From Truepera sp. (lineage in GTDB: Bacteria; Deinococcota; Deinococci; Deinococcales; Trueperaceae): a DNA stretch of 64,000 nt. This document shows positions 19,858 through 29,305 of this stretch, one piece after another. The stretch is taken from positions 3,584,001-3,648,000 of the forward strand of contig CBDCKW010000009.1 in NCBI GenBank assembly GCA_965218435.1. Direction: 5' to 3'. The notes beneath the pieces are model-generated. The model was not told the origin of the DNA. It ran no database searches and saw only the letters and a list, made by a program, of their open reading frames with translations. Each line of letters opens with the position of its first letter. The stretch's first letter is position 1. Both the position numbers and the translations under genes were made by a program.

Positions 19858-21354
19858 TTAGTTGAGCGTGACACCTTGCCAGCGGAGAATCCCGTCGGGG
19901 TAGGCTTCAAACCCTTGTAACGCGCTGGTATGTGGGAAAAAGAGGTTGCTGTGATAGAGGTAGATGATATTGCGGTTGGGCAGGTACAGTTCACCAGCTT
20001 GGTCGTACAAGGCTTTGCGTTTGGCGGTGTCGGACACGGCGCGGGCTTGGTTGAGCAACTCGTCTACTTTTTTGTCGCAGTAGCCGCTCTCGTTGAGCGT
20101 CCCCTCACAAGTTTCAAACTGGTGGATGTTGCCGTCCGGGTCAATCCGGCCCGACCATCCGATCGCAAAGACCTCGTAGTCGCCCTGCTCTTGAAAATCT
20201 AGGGCGCTGGCAAATTCGGTGGCGCGTAAGCTGATGTCAAAGCCAGCTTCGGCTGCGAGGGCTTGAATCACCTCACCCAAACGCACCGATTCGGGGTTGT
20301 TGCCGACCATCAGCTCAAACGAAACGCGGTCAAAGCCGGCTTCTTTGAGGAGGGCTTTGGCCTTCTCGAGGTTGCGTTCGGGGATGGGATAGTTCTCGTT
20401 GTACCAGGGGCTGTTCGGCGGCACGGCCTGGTTGCCGACGATATATTCACCGTTAAAAACAGCTTGGTTGATGACGTTACGGTCGAGAGCAAGTTCTAAC
20501 GCCTCTCGTACCTTCGGGCTGCTGGCCAGGGGCGTCCCCAACGGTTTGGGATTCGAGAGGTTGATGGTCAGCCCTTGGTATCCCAAGCTCGGTGCGGACG
20601 GCAAAGTCAGGTTGGGGTCGTTGCGAATGGCTTCCAGGTCGGTCGGGGCGGGGCGTTCGATCATCTGCAAATCGCCCGACTGCAAGTTGGCGAGCCGCAC
20701 GCTGGTATCGGGGATAGGTAAAAAGACGACCTGCTCGAGCTTGATGCTGTCGGCGTCCCAGTAGTCCGGGAACCGCTCGACGACGATCCGGTCTTGGGCG
20801 ACGCGCTCTTTGAACTTGAAAGGCCCGGCGCAGACCGGGGCGTTCCCGAAATTTTCGCCCTCGGCTTCGGCAGCTTTGGGCGAGACCATCATCCCGGCGC
20901 GGTCGGCGAGCTGCGCGACGATCGGCGCAAAGGGTTGCGTGAGGTTGAGCCGGACAGTATTTTTATCCACAACGTCAACGCTCTCCAACTGCTCCAACTC
21001 ACTCGCGCGGTTTGAGCCGGGAAAATTTTTCGAGCGCTCGAGGTTGTACTTGACCGCTTCAGCGTCGAGCATCGTCCCGTCGTGAAACTTGACCCCGTCA
21101 CGAATATCAATCGTTAGGGAGAGGTTATCGTCGGCAAACTCGTAACCGGTAGCGAGCTGCGGAATGATCTCTGAGTTCTGGGTGATGTCGAAGAGCTTGT
21201 CGCACAAACTGGCAAAGACGATACGGCCCACGTAGGTGCGGCCGAGGTCGGGGTCTAAGATGTCGGGGTCTTCGTTGAGCCCAACTCGGACAGTCTGTGC
21301 CAAACCGGTTGCCGCTAGCATCAGTACGAGTATCCCACCTAAAAACCTTTTCAT
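19858..21354 (-). CDS. ABC transporter substrate-binding protein, family 5
   Basis: signal peptide; IRDGVKFHDG, GPFKF, VREALELALDR; GAGGAG RBS. Confidence 0.93.
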   Translation of the reverse strand: MKRFLGGILVLMLAATGLAQTVRVGLNEDPDILDPDLGRTYVGRIVFASLCDKLFDITQNSEIIPQLATGYEFADDNLSLTIDIRDGVKFHDGTMLDAEAVKYNLERSKNFPGSNRASELEQLESVDVVDKNTVRLNLTQPFAPIVAQLADRAGMMVSPKAAEAEGENFGNAPVCAGPFKFKERVAQDRIVVERFPDYWDADSIKLEQVVFLPIPDTSVRLANLQSGDLQMIERPAPTDLEAIRNDPNLTLPSAPSLGYQGLTINLSNPKPLGTPLASSPKVREALELALDRNVINQAVFNGEYIVGNQAVPPNSPWYNENYPIPERNLEKAKALLKEAGFDRVSFELMVGNNPESVRLGEVIQALAAEAGFDISLRATEFASALDFQEQGDYEVFAIGWSGRIDPDGNIHQFETCEGTLNESGYCDKKVDELLNQARAVSDTAKRKALYDQAGELYLPNRNIIYLYHSNLFFPHTSALQGFEAYPDGILRWQGVTLN

Positions 21355-21408
21355 GCTCCTCCTCCTCTCACCGCATATGTGCTCACGGTGAGTTTTTGCG
21401 CGTTAAGC

Positions 21409-21452
21409 AAAGTTTATGTAATTTCACCGCGCATTGTCAAACTTTATGCAAT
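21409..21452. promoter_or_regulatory. candidate Lrp/AsnC operator (direct repeat)
   Basis: AAAGTTTATGTAAT (21409) and AAACTTTATGCAAT (21439), 30 bp apart, between the divergent SBP and Lrp genes. Confidence 0.4.
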
Positions 21453-21547
21453 CTGTGCTAAAGTCATGCGCAGCTCAAAAGCTCTAAACTTAGAGACCAC
21501 AAACTTAAAGGCCATACTGCAGCCAGGAGGTTTGCCGAAAAAATCTC

Positions 21548-22030
21548 GTGATGACCTTAGACCGCCTTGACCAACACATTATCAGCGCCTTGGAGGACGA
21601 TGGTCGCCGCCCCTACCGCGACATCGCCCGCGACTTGGGTATCGCCGAAGCGACGGTGCGCTCACGGGTCTCGAGGCTTATAGACGCGGGTCTGATCCGC
21701 ATCACAGCTGTGGGTGACCCCTTAAGTTTAGGCATTGAGGTGGCGGCGATCAGTCTGCTTTCGGTAAAGCCCGGTAGCGCCACCCAAACCGCCGAAAAGC
21801 TGGCAGCGTATCCGAATATCCGGTTCGTCGGCGAGTCGTTCGGTTCAGCAGACATCATCATTCAGACGCTGCACCCCGACATCAGGAGTCTGCACCACTT
21901 TATCGGCACGGAACTGCCGGAGGCGCTCCCGGATATCACCCGGACGGAGACGTTTCAGCTTGCCAGGGTCGTTAAAAGTACCTGGAACTGGCGGGCTTGG
22001 TTTGAGCAAGGAAGGCTTGAAGAAGGCTGA
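21548..22030 (+). CDS. Lrp/AsnC family transcriptional regulator
   Basis: LDRLDQHIISALEDDGRRPYRDIARDLGIAEATVRSRV HTH followed by a RAM domain. Confidence 0.93.
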   Translation: MMTLDRLDQHIISALEDDGRRPYRDIARDLGIAEATVRSRVSRLIDAGLIRITAVGDPLSLGIEVAAISLLSVKPGSATQTAEKLAAYPNIRFVGESFGSADIIIQTLHPDIRSLHHFIGTELPEALPDITRTETFQLARVVKSTWNWRAWFEQGRLEEG

Positions 22031-22036
22031 CAGACG

Positions 22037-22568
22037 CTACTTGACGCGCACGAAAACCTGAACCCAGTAGTCCCCACGTTTGCCGACACCCAGCTCGCTA
22101 AACCCCGGATTTATCAGGTTGGCGCAGTGTCCGTCACTCTCTAACCAACCCGCCATCACGGTACCCACGTCCCCCACGTCCTCGTACCCACGGGCGATAT
22201 TTTCGCCGACCCATGACCAGCGGTAACCCGTGCGCGTCACGCGTGTCCCAACGGTGCTGCCGTCCGGCGCGGTGTGGCTGAAGTAGTCGTTGGTCTTCAT
22301 ATCGTCGGCGTGGGCTTGGGCGGCGCTCAGCTGAGGCTCGAGCTTTAGCGCCGTTGTAGGCTCGAAGATACCTTTCGCGCCGCAGTTATAACCGACAATC
22401 GGGTCGCGTTGACCTCTCTCGGCATGACGCGCCCCAGTTCGGTCGGCGGCGTTGCTGAGATGCCACCTTGACCTGTAGGCAAGCCCGGTAGGGTCGGCAA
22501 ACTGCACGCGCTCAAAAAAACAGCAAAAAAGCCCATCGTCTGAGCGGTACTGAAAAGATGTCTTTCAT
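22037..22568 (-). pseudogene. CAP/SCP-domain lipoprotein, two frameshifts
   Basis: ATG 22568 (AAGAGGG RBS) MKDIFSVPLRRWAFLLF | LSAC lipobox ... EVNATR | GYNCG...HADDM..YFSH..GENIA..WLESDGHCANL; breaks at the T7 run 22514-22520 and near 22399. Confidence 0.75.
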
Positions 22569-22621
22569 CGCCCTCTTATTCAACCGTCTTTCGGGCAAAA
22601 CAAACACCCAAAGCTTCATAA

Positions 22622-23098
22622 TTATGCCGCTGTCTGTGCCTTCTGCGTCTCTATTCGGGTCGCCTGCGCCGCGTAACGCCCGACGGCTAACAGGCCGAAG
22701 CCGTAAAAAAGTGCGGCCAACCCAAGCAGCAGCGTGGGGTAAAGCGTAGGACTCCCGATCAGCCAGGTAAAAAGCGCAAACCAGACCGGCGCGGCAAGCA
22801 AAATCCCCTCGAGCAGCGCCGCCGAAAGCGCCCCGGCCTGGGTGCCGCCCCGAGTCGTCCACCAGCCGAGCAAGTAGGCTACGGGTGGCTCGAGCGCCCC
22901 TAAGCCGACAAGTACCTGCGCGGTCAAGGGTGTTGCCGCAGGTTCAGGCGTAAACAAGGTAGACAGGACGACCCAAGCCAGCGCAGCGAGCAGGCTCTGC
23001 CCCCAAAAAGCCAGGACAAACAGCAGCCGGAGCGCCCCAGCTGCTTGCGCCCGCGTCGGCGCGTCACTTTTCAAAAATACCTGCAGCGCCTTAAACAC
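22622..23098 (-). CDS. hypothetical membrane protein (about 4 TM)
   Basis: four hydrophobic segments; GTG 23098 lies 6 nt after TATAGT. Confidence 0.65.
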   Translation of the reverse strand: MFKALQVFLKSDAPTRAQAAGALRLLFVLAFWGQSLLAALAWVVLSTLFTPEPAATPLTAQVLVGLGALEPPVAYLLGWWTTRGGTQAGALSAALLEGILLAAPVWFALFTWLIGSPTLYPTLLLGLAALFYGFGLLAVGRYAAQATRIETQKAQTAA

Positions 23099-23140
23099 AC
23101 TCCGACTATACAAGAGCGTGTATACAGTAAGCTGGACGCG

Positions 23141-23661
23141 ATGAACGATCCCCGCTATCCCATCGGTTCCTTTCGTTTAGAACGTGCTCCGACCGAGGCC
23201 GACCGCGCCGCTTGGATAGCGGTGTTAGAGGCGTCTCCAACCCGGCTCCGCGCCGCCGTTTCCGGCCTAGACGACACTCAGCTTGACACGCCCTACCGTG
23301 AAGGTGGTTGGACCGTTCGCCGGGTTGTTCATCATCTGCCGGACAGCCACCTAAACAGTTACGTCCGTTTTAAGTGGGCGCTCACCGAAGATGCGCCGGT
23401 CATCAAAACGTACTTTGAAGACCGCTGGGCCGAGTTGCCGGATTCGCAGGCACCACCGGGGGTCTCCTTGTCTCTTCTGGAGGCTCTACACGAACGCTGG
23501 GCGACGCTGTTACGCGCGATGACCGAAGCTGATTTCGCCCGCACTTTTGTCCATCCTGAAAACGGGGTACAGACGCTTTCTGAAAGTCTTGCCTATTATG
23601 CGTGGCATAACACCACCTCGCACACATTATGAAGCTGCGGGAACGTCGGGGCTGGGGTTGA
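23141..23661 (+). pseudogene. YfiT/BstA-type DinB-family bacillithiol transferase, frameshifted near the C-terminus
   Basis: DPRYPIG, LDTPYREGGWT, HHLPDSH; after AWH the conserved HHLAHIMKLRERRGWG* is in another frame (break near 23609). Confidence 0.8.
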
Positions 23662-23685
23662 GATATATTTCATCTCTACCCGGTG

Positions 23686-25146
23686 CTATTTCAGCCTTTG
23701 AACGCGGCCCAGCCAGCGGTTAAACAGCGGCACCACCGGATTTTTACGCGCCGTGAGCAAGTCGAGGTGGGCAAACCCCGGTACGACATACGAGGAGAAA
23801 AAACTCCCGGCCCGCAGGTTGCCGTAACCGGAAAAGCCGTCGGTGGTGGTGACTAAACCTCGAGCAGCCCCGATTGCCAGGGTCGGCGCGTTGACGCGGC
23901 TGTGCGGCACGAAGTTGGGCGTGTCCCTCAAATTGAGTGTGAGGGCGCTCATGTCTATGAGCAGCCGGAGCGGGAAATACCACTCGTTGGCGTCTGTTTC
24001 AGGCAGCACCAAGCTGCGGGCAAAGGTGCTTAAATCGGTGGGTTCGGTTTCTAAATTGCCTGCTGACCAACTCACGACGTCAAAACCGTCCGCTACCCCG
24101 GCGACCGTGCGGCTCTGGGTGCTGGTGAAACCGCTCAGTAAGAAGGCCAAAAGATTGCCGCCGTAGGTCGCGCCCACCGGTTCACCCACGGTCGCCGTAA
24201 ACAGAGGCGAGGCGACGAAATCGCGGTCGGTGCGCAACCCGAGTAGGGCGAGATTGGTGATAGGAAAGCTCGAGGCCGGTGACCGCTCCTTTGGTGCTAG
24301 CGCCGCGAGCAGCGCAAGCGCGTCCGACTCGGCGTAAAAGTCCGGGCCGGAGCCGAACGGCAAATAAGGCGGGCCGCGCCCTTCGTCGAACCCTACCGCG
24401 TCCGGTAAAAGTTCCCAATTACCCAACACGAGGCTCTGCGCAATGCCGAACGCGCCGGTGCGACCCAAGGTGCCGTCGAGCAGCAGCAACCCATCAATGA
24501 AGGTGTCCCCGATTCGGCCCCGTTCAAAGGTATACGCCGGATAAAAGCTGACGAAACTCGCGCCGAGTGAGTGACCGCCTAAAATAACTGTGTTCGCCTC
24601 TTGACGGGCACGTTTGACCAGCGCGTGTAAATCCCAAAGGTGCGTCACCAGACCCCAACGCCGCATAAAAGGTAGGTCTTCGGCGGGAACCGGTGCGAAG
24701 CCCTCCGGTGTACCCTGCTCAGTGACGTAGTAGCGGTAGGCGATATTCGGGTCTTTTGCCTTCAGGCTCTGAACGAGTGCGGTGCGGTCCTCGAGCCCAT
24801 TTGCCCGCCGGTCCACGGCCCAGACCTCGAGCCCGGGCCGCGACGCGACCAGCTGCCGCGCTAAGGTGTCGAAGTTGGCAGCCCCGGCGAAAATACCCGG
24901 TACCAGCAGCAAAACCGTCTCGGTAGGTGTATCGGCAAAGTAACGCAAGTAAAAACTTTGGTTGAGGTGTGGCGGCGTACCGGGCGCGTGGTAACCGGGG
25001 ACGCTCTTATACTCGGTTTTTACGGCGCTGGGCTCTAGGTAGAACGGTCCATCCGGTAAGGCCAAGTCGGTGCGGATGTCAGGCAGGCAACTCGTCAGGG
25101 TCATAAGCAGCAAACACGCAGTTAGACGACCACTAAAGGAAATCAC
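23686..25146 (-). CDS. alpha/beta-hydrolase-fold lipoprotein
   Basis: lipobox LTSC, GHSLG nucleophile elbow, C-terminal GFAHLD; GTG 25146 lies 5 nt after TAGACT. Confidence 0.75.
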   Translation of the reverse strand: MISFSGRLTACLLLMTLTSCLPDIRTDLALPDGPFYLEPSAVKTEYKSVPGYHAPGTPPHLNQSFYLRYFADTPTETVLLLVPGIFAGAANFDTLARQLVASRPGLEVWAVDRRANGLEDRTALVQSLKAKDPNIAYRYYVTEQGTPEGFAPVPAEDLPFMRRWGLVTHLWDLHALVKRARQEANTVILGGHSLGASFVSFYPAYTFERGRIGDTFIDGLLLLDGTLGRTGAFGIAQSLVLGNWELLPDAVGFDEGRGPPYLPFGSGPDFYAESDALALLAALAPKERSPASSFPITNLALLGLRTDRDFVASPLFTATVGEPVGATYGGNLLAFLLSGFTSTQSRTVAGVADGFDVVSWSAGNLETEPTDLSTFARSLVLPETDANEWYFPLRLLIDMSALTLNLRDTPNFVPHSRVNAPTLAIGAARGLVTTTDGFSGYGNLRAGSFFSSYVVPGFAHLDLLTARKNPVVPLFNRWLGRVQRLK

Positions 25147-25182
25147 AGAGTAGTCTACCGAGGCGTTATACTCACCGGCAGC

Positions 25183-26067
25183 TTGAAAGACACCTCGCCA
25201 AAGCCCACGCAAGAGCCTGAACGTAAACCCGAACCTGATGAAGCGAGCCGTACCGAGTTTTGGCGGGTTCGGGAGTTGGGTGAGATGGAGCTTCTGCACT
25301 CGAGCGGCGTTGACCCCGGTCATTCCCGGCATATGCACGAAAGCTTTGCCATCGGCGTCGTTGAAGCGGGCGTCGTCGTCAATCAGAGCCGGGGTGAAAC
25401 GACCCATTTGCCCCCCGGCAGCGTTTACACCTTTAACCCCGGTGATGTACACAGCGGTTACGCGGCGCGCGGGCGCACCGTCAGTCACCGCAGCTTTTAC
25501 CCGAGCGAGGCGGCGGTGCTCGAGTTTGCCCAGGCCAGCGGGCTAAAAGGGACGCCGTTTTTCTGCGCGACTTCGGTAACAAGTCCAAACCTTGCCGCGC
25601 AGCTCCGCTATCTGCACGACCTGCTGAAACGTTCAGACCAGCTTTTGGAACGTCAAAGTGCGACCGCTGAGGTGTTCGGTGCACTGCTGAGCGGCTACAC
25701 GTCGCTTAAAAGCAGCCGCACCGAGGGGAGAGAACCCAAAGCCGTCAGCACCGTTCGTAGCTATCTCGACGCACATTTTGACGAAAACGTTTCGTTGGGA
25801 GACCTGTCCGCGCTCGTCGGCTTGAACCGGGCTTACCTGCTCCGCACCTTTCGCCGCGCTGTGGGCGTGCCGCCGCACAGCTATCTGATTCACCGCCGTC
25901 TCGAGCGGGCCAAAGAACTTTTACGGGCGGGCGAGCCCGTCGCGCAAGTTGCCCTGAGTGTCGGCTTCAGCGACCAGAGCCATCTGAACCTGCACTTTAA
26001 GCGCCAGCTCAACGTCTCACCGGGGCGCTACGCGAAAAGTCACTTTCTTCCAAGAAAATCTCTGTAG
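25183..26067 (+). CDS. AraC family transcriptional regulator
   Basis: cupin RHMHESFAIG...NPGDVHSG; C-terminal GFSDQSHLNLHFKR. Confidence 0.93.
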   Translation: MKDTSPKPTQEPERKPEPDEASRTEFWRVRELGEMELLHSSGVDPGHSRHMHESFAIGVVEAGVVVNQSRGETTHLPPGSVYTFNPGDVHSGYAARGRTVSHRSFYPSEAAVLEFAQASGLKGTPFFCATSVTSPNLAAQLRYLHDLLKRSDQLLERQSATAEVFGALLSGYTSLKSSRTEGREPKAVSTVRSYLDAHFDENVSLGDLSALVGLNRAYLLRTFRRAVGVPPHSYLIHRRLERAKELLRAGEPVAQVALSVGFSDQSHLNLHFKRQLNVSPGRYAKSHFLPRKSL

Positions 26068-26087
26068 CTGCCCCTCAAACTGACGTT

Positions 26088-26498
26088 ATGACGTTCTCTA
26101 CCAAGATCGCGGTAGTGCTCCGGGATGACCTAGAGCCCTGGCAAAGCCTCAATGTGACGGCCTTTACCGTCAGCGGCATTGCGGGTACGACCGAAAACAT
26201 CCTCGGCGAACCTTACGAAGACGCCGACGGCGCAACCTACCTGCCGATGATTGTTCAACCTATCTTGATTTACGAAGCGGGCGCGGAAAAACTTCGGACT
26301 GTTTACGCTCGAGCCCGCAGCCGTGAGGTGCGTTTTAGTATCTTTACTGAAGACTTGTTCTCCACTCCCGACGACGAAGCAAACCGCGCCGCCGTTAAAG
26401 CCGTTAAAAGTGACGACTTGGCGCTCGTCGGCCTGGCGATGCGAGCCGACCGGGGTGTTATAGACAAGATTTTTAAGGGTGTGGCTCGCCACCGGTGA
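26088..26498 (+). CDS. DUF2000 family protein
   Basis: TKIAVVLRDDLEPWQSLNVTAF, GEPYEDADG; typical position next to an AraC gene. Confidence 0.8.
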   Translation: MTFSTKIAVVLRDDLEPWQSLNVTAFTVSGIAGTTENILGEPYEDADGATYLPMIVQPILIYEAGAEKLRTVYARARSREVRFSIFTEDLFSTPDDEANRAAVKAVKSDDLALVGLAMRADRGVIDKIFKGVARHR

Positions 26499-27772
26499 AA
26501 CGAGTTCATTATGCCTGGGTCATTTTAGGACTGTGTTTTTTCGGGTTGTTGGCGGCTCAGGGGACGCGGCTCTCGTTCGGCGCGTTCGTCGCTCCCTGGG
26601 AGGCTGACTTTGGGGTTGACCGGGCGACTGTATCGTTCGTGTCGTTCGTCAGCTTTCTCGTTTACGGGTTTACACAGCCGGTCGTCGGGCGGCTCGTTGA
26701 CCGTTTCGGCAGCCGCCTCGTGCTCTCGCTCAGCGTACTGCTCGTGGGTCTGAGCCTCGCTGCGACCACCCTGTCGCGCGGGCTGCCTGAGCTTACGCTG
26801 CTCTACGGCGTGGTCGCGTCGCTCGGGTTTGGGGGCGCGTCCGGGGTTGCTGCCAGTGTCGCCGTAACCCACTGGTTCAGTTCCAACCGGGGGCTTGCGT
26901 TCGGCGTTATCGAGGCGGGGATGGCGGCGGGGCAACTCGTACTGGTGCCGACTTCTCTCGTCCTCATCGGCGTGTTCGGCTGGCGCGGAACGATGCTGCT
27001 GCTGGGGGCGTTCAGCGTACTCATCGTTTTTCCGCTGCTCTATTTGCTGCTGCGCTCCTCTCCGAAAACGACCGGCCTGAAGCCTTACGGGAGAGGTCTG
27101 GATACCGATCTGGATACCGAGAGAGACACCCCAGTCGAGCGAGAAACATTGAGCGCAGCAGTAGCCGGTACAAAGTTGGGCGCGGTGTTTGCCTCTCGAG
27201 CCTTTTGGGGGCTCGCGCTCCCCTTTTTCATCTGCGGCGTTACGACGGCCGGCATGATTGACACGCATTTGGTGCCGTTCGCTCACGATCACGGGTTTAG
27301 CACCGAAGTCGTGGGCACTGCCGTCGCGCTGCTGGCTGCGTTTAACATCCTCGGTACGCTTCTCTCGGGGCCGCTCGCCGACCGCTTCGACAACCGCCGT
27401 ATTCTGGCGACGCTCTACTTTGTCCGCGCGTTGTCGCTGTTTTTGCTGTTGGCCGTAAACCAACCGGGTTTGCTCTTTATGTTCGGCGTCGTTTTTGGGC
27501 TTGTAGATTTCGCCGTGCTTGCCCCCGTCAACGTCCTCACCTCGCACTACTTTGAGGGGTACTCCCTGGGCTTTATGTTCGGCGTCTTGTCACTCTGCCA
27601 TCAGGTCGGTTCAGCAGTCGGCGCTTTCGTTCCAGGACTCCTTTACACCCTGACCGGTAGCTACACCGTCTCGTTCGTGGTCGCTGCTTCTGCGCTTTTG
27701 GTAGGTGCAGTGCTCAGCGTAACGTTGCCAAACGCGTCACCTCAGCGTTCCTTAAAACCGCAGGCGGTCTAG
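26495..27772 (+). CDS. MFS transporter
   Basis: about 12 TM, GRLVDRFGSR motif A; GTGA overlap with the DUF2000 gene. Confidence 0.9.
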   Translation: MKRVHYAWVILGLCFFGLLAAQGTRLSFGAFVAPWEADFGVDRATVSFVSFVSFLVYGFTQPVVGRLVDRFGSRLVLSLSVLLVGLSLAATTLSRGLPELTLLYGVVASLGFGGASGVAASVAVTHWFSSNRGLAFGVIEAGMAAGQLVLVPTSLVLIGVFGWRGTMLLLGAFSVLIVFPLLYLLLRSSPKTTGLKPYGRGLDTDLDTERDTPVERETLSAAVAGTKLGAVFASRAFWGLALPFFICGVTTAGMIDTHLVPFAHDHGFSTEVVGTAVALLAAFNILGTLLSGPLADRFDNRRILATLYFVRALSLFLLLAVNQPGLLFMFGVVFGLVDFAVLAPVNVLTSHYFEGYSLGFMFGVLSLCHQVGSAVGAFVPGLLYTLTGSYTVSFVVAASALLVGAVLSVTLPNASPQRSLKPQAV

Positions 27773-27785
27773 CTGTCGGGGGCTG

Positions 27786-27920
27786 CTAGTGTACGTCCGG
27801 GTCGTCCTCGGCAGACTCGGCGGCGAGCGCGTGACCGGCAAAGGTCAGCGCCCCAGCTAAAAGCGTAACCCCGGAAAAAACGAGCACAGCGTTAAGTGCG
27901 ATTTGAAGCGCCGTAGCCAT
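27786..27920 (-). CDS. small single-pass membrane protein (44 aa), not in the ORF track
   Basis: GGGAGG RBS 4 nt before ATG; MATALQIALNAVLVFSGVTLLAGALTFAGHALAAESAEDDPDVH*. Confidence 0.6.
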   Translation of the reverse strand: MATALQIALNAVLVFSGVTLLAGALTFAGHALAAESAEDDPDVH

Positions 27921-28102
27921 AGTGCCTCCCAAGGCCCCAGTTTACGCTATTTGGACGAGGCGCAGGGCGCGAAAGTTCAACCGACCTTGCCACTACCGGT
28001 TGTACAAATACTGACTGTATAAACACTGACTGCGCGAACGCCGACGAACCACCAGATGTAAGGTTTTCCCTTGCCTAACACGCCGTCATCCTCCATATTG
28101 GA

Positions 28103-29149
28103 GTGATGAGAGACCACGCCATCGTCCCTACCGCGCAGCGCCTGGCCGAAGAAAATAATGTAGATTGGCGGGTGCTGACCGGGAGTGGTGAAGGGGGCAG
28201 CGTCGTCGAGCGCGACGTGCTGGGTTACCTTGCGCGGGTGATGCGCGGCGAAGAAGCGACGGACCCGACGCCCGAACCTCTGCCCGAAGGTTTAAGTGCG
28301 TGGCCCGAAGAGCCGGAGCGCCGCCGAGGAGCGGCCAGCCAGCATAAAACCAATACGGCTACGGCGACGCGGCCGGAACCTCGAGCCGAAAGTTCCGGCA
28401 GTCAGAGCCCAAAGGGTCAAGAGCCGGACTTTTCTACCCCTTTTAGTGAGCCACGTTCGGCCAAGGTCACTCAGTCAAGCCCAGAAACTGAAGCGTACGC
28501 ACCTTGGACGGTTGACAAACCTGCTAAGGCTACCTTAGAGACGCCTATTGCCGAAAGAGCTTTTTTGCAAGCTGACGCTACTACGCCCAAACCGGCTCCT
28601 GAAACCTTCGCAAATACTGCTAAAACAAATACTGCTAAAACCGGTGCGCCCCCGGTGCAACCCGAACCTGAAGCCCCTGCGCCTGAAGTTTTTACAGCCG
28701 AAGTTTTTGCACCTGCGTCTGTCCCGACTGCACCACCGAAAGAGAACGTTGCCGAGGCGTACCGCCTCGCTTTGGCCGCACTCGAGACCCTCCAAACCCG
28801 CGTTGCCGAGCTTGAAGAGGAGCGGTCACGGCATGTGAACGAACTGCACCAGCTTTCACGGATGCAAGAGACCATCGCGCTACAAAAAAATGAAGGAGCC
28901 AAGGTCGGGGCGTTGCAGAGTGAAGTGCGCGACCTCAAGTCTCAACTTGCAGCGGCGCAGCGGGCGAGTGAGCGGGTCGAGACTCTGGCAGAGCATAACC
29001 GTGACCTCGAGGCGCGGCTGGTGCGGGCGCGAACCTTTAAGAGCCAAGCCAAAGCCGAGTTTGAACGCCTCTTAGAAGACCACATGATGCTCGAGCACGA
29101 ACTCGCCGACCTTAAAAAGGCGCGTCGGGGGCTGTTTCGTAAGGGCTAG
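28103..29149 (+). CDS. E3-binding (peripheral subunit-binding) domain protein with low-complexity linker and coiled coil
   Basis: PTAQRLAEENNVDWRVLTGSGEGGSVVERDV matches the PSBD pattern; P/A/E/T-rich middle; heptad-rich C-terminus. Confidence 0.8.
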   Translation: MMRDHAIVPTAQRLAEENNVDWRVLTGSGEGGSVVERDVLGYLARVMRGEEATDPTPEPLPEGLSAWPEEPERRRGAASQHKTNTATATRPEPRAESSGSQSPKGQEPDFSTPFSEPRSAKVTQSSPETEAYAPWTVDKPAKATLETPIAERAFLQADATTPKPAPETFANTAKTNTAKTGAPPVQPEPEAPAPEVFTAEVFAPASVPTAPPKENVAEAYRLALAALETLQTRVAELEEERSRHVNELHQLSRMQETIALQKNEGAKVGALQSEVRDLKSQLAAAQRASERVETLAEHNRDLEARLVRARTFKSQAKAEFERLLEDHMMLEHELADLKKARRGLFRKG

Positions 29150-29305
29150 GCGCTGAGCCGCCAGGAGCAGTCGGTGACGGTTGCGGCGCACTAGAGAAGA
29201 ATGCAGAAGTCAGAAGGTGCTGACTTGGAGAAGGTGGTGTAGCTCATACACTCGGAGGATAACGATAAAAGCAAAGCTCAGTACGGCCTAGTCGAGCCGT
29301 TTTAC

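Noticed and set aside
25147..25488. N-terminal extension of the 600-aa hydrolase ORF
   Set aside because: Overlaps the AraC gene antisense; the lipobox and -10 box support a start at 25146
26525..27547. 340-aa antisense ORF
   Set aside because: Shadow of the MFS gene on the opposite strand; composition is typical of antisense frames in GC-rich DNA
28001..28045. Short repeats considered as a CRISPR array
   Set aside because: 15-bp tandem units with no spacers and no cas genes
29234..29300. GGTGGTGTAGCTCA resembles a tRNA 5' end
   Set aside because: No D-loop GG, anticodon arm, TTC loop or matching acceptor stem follows
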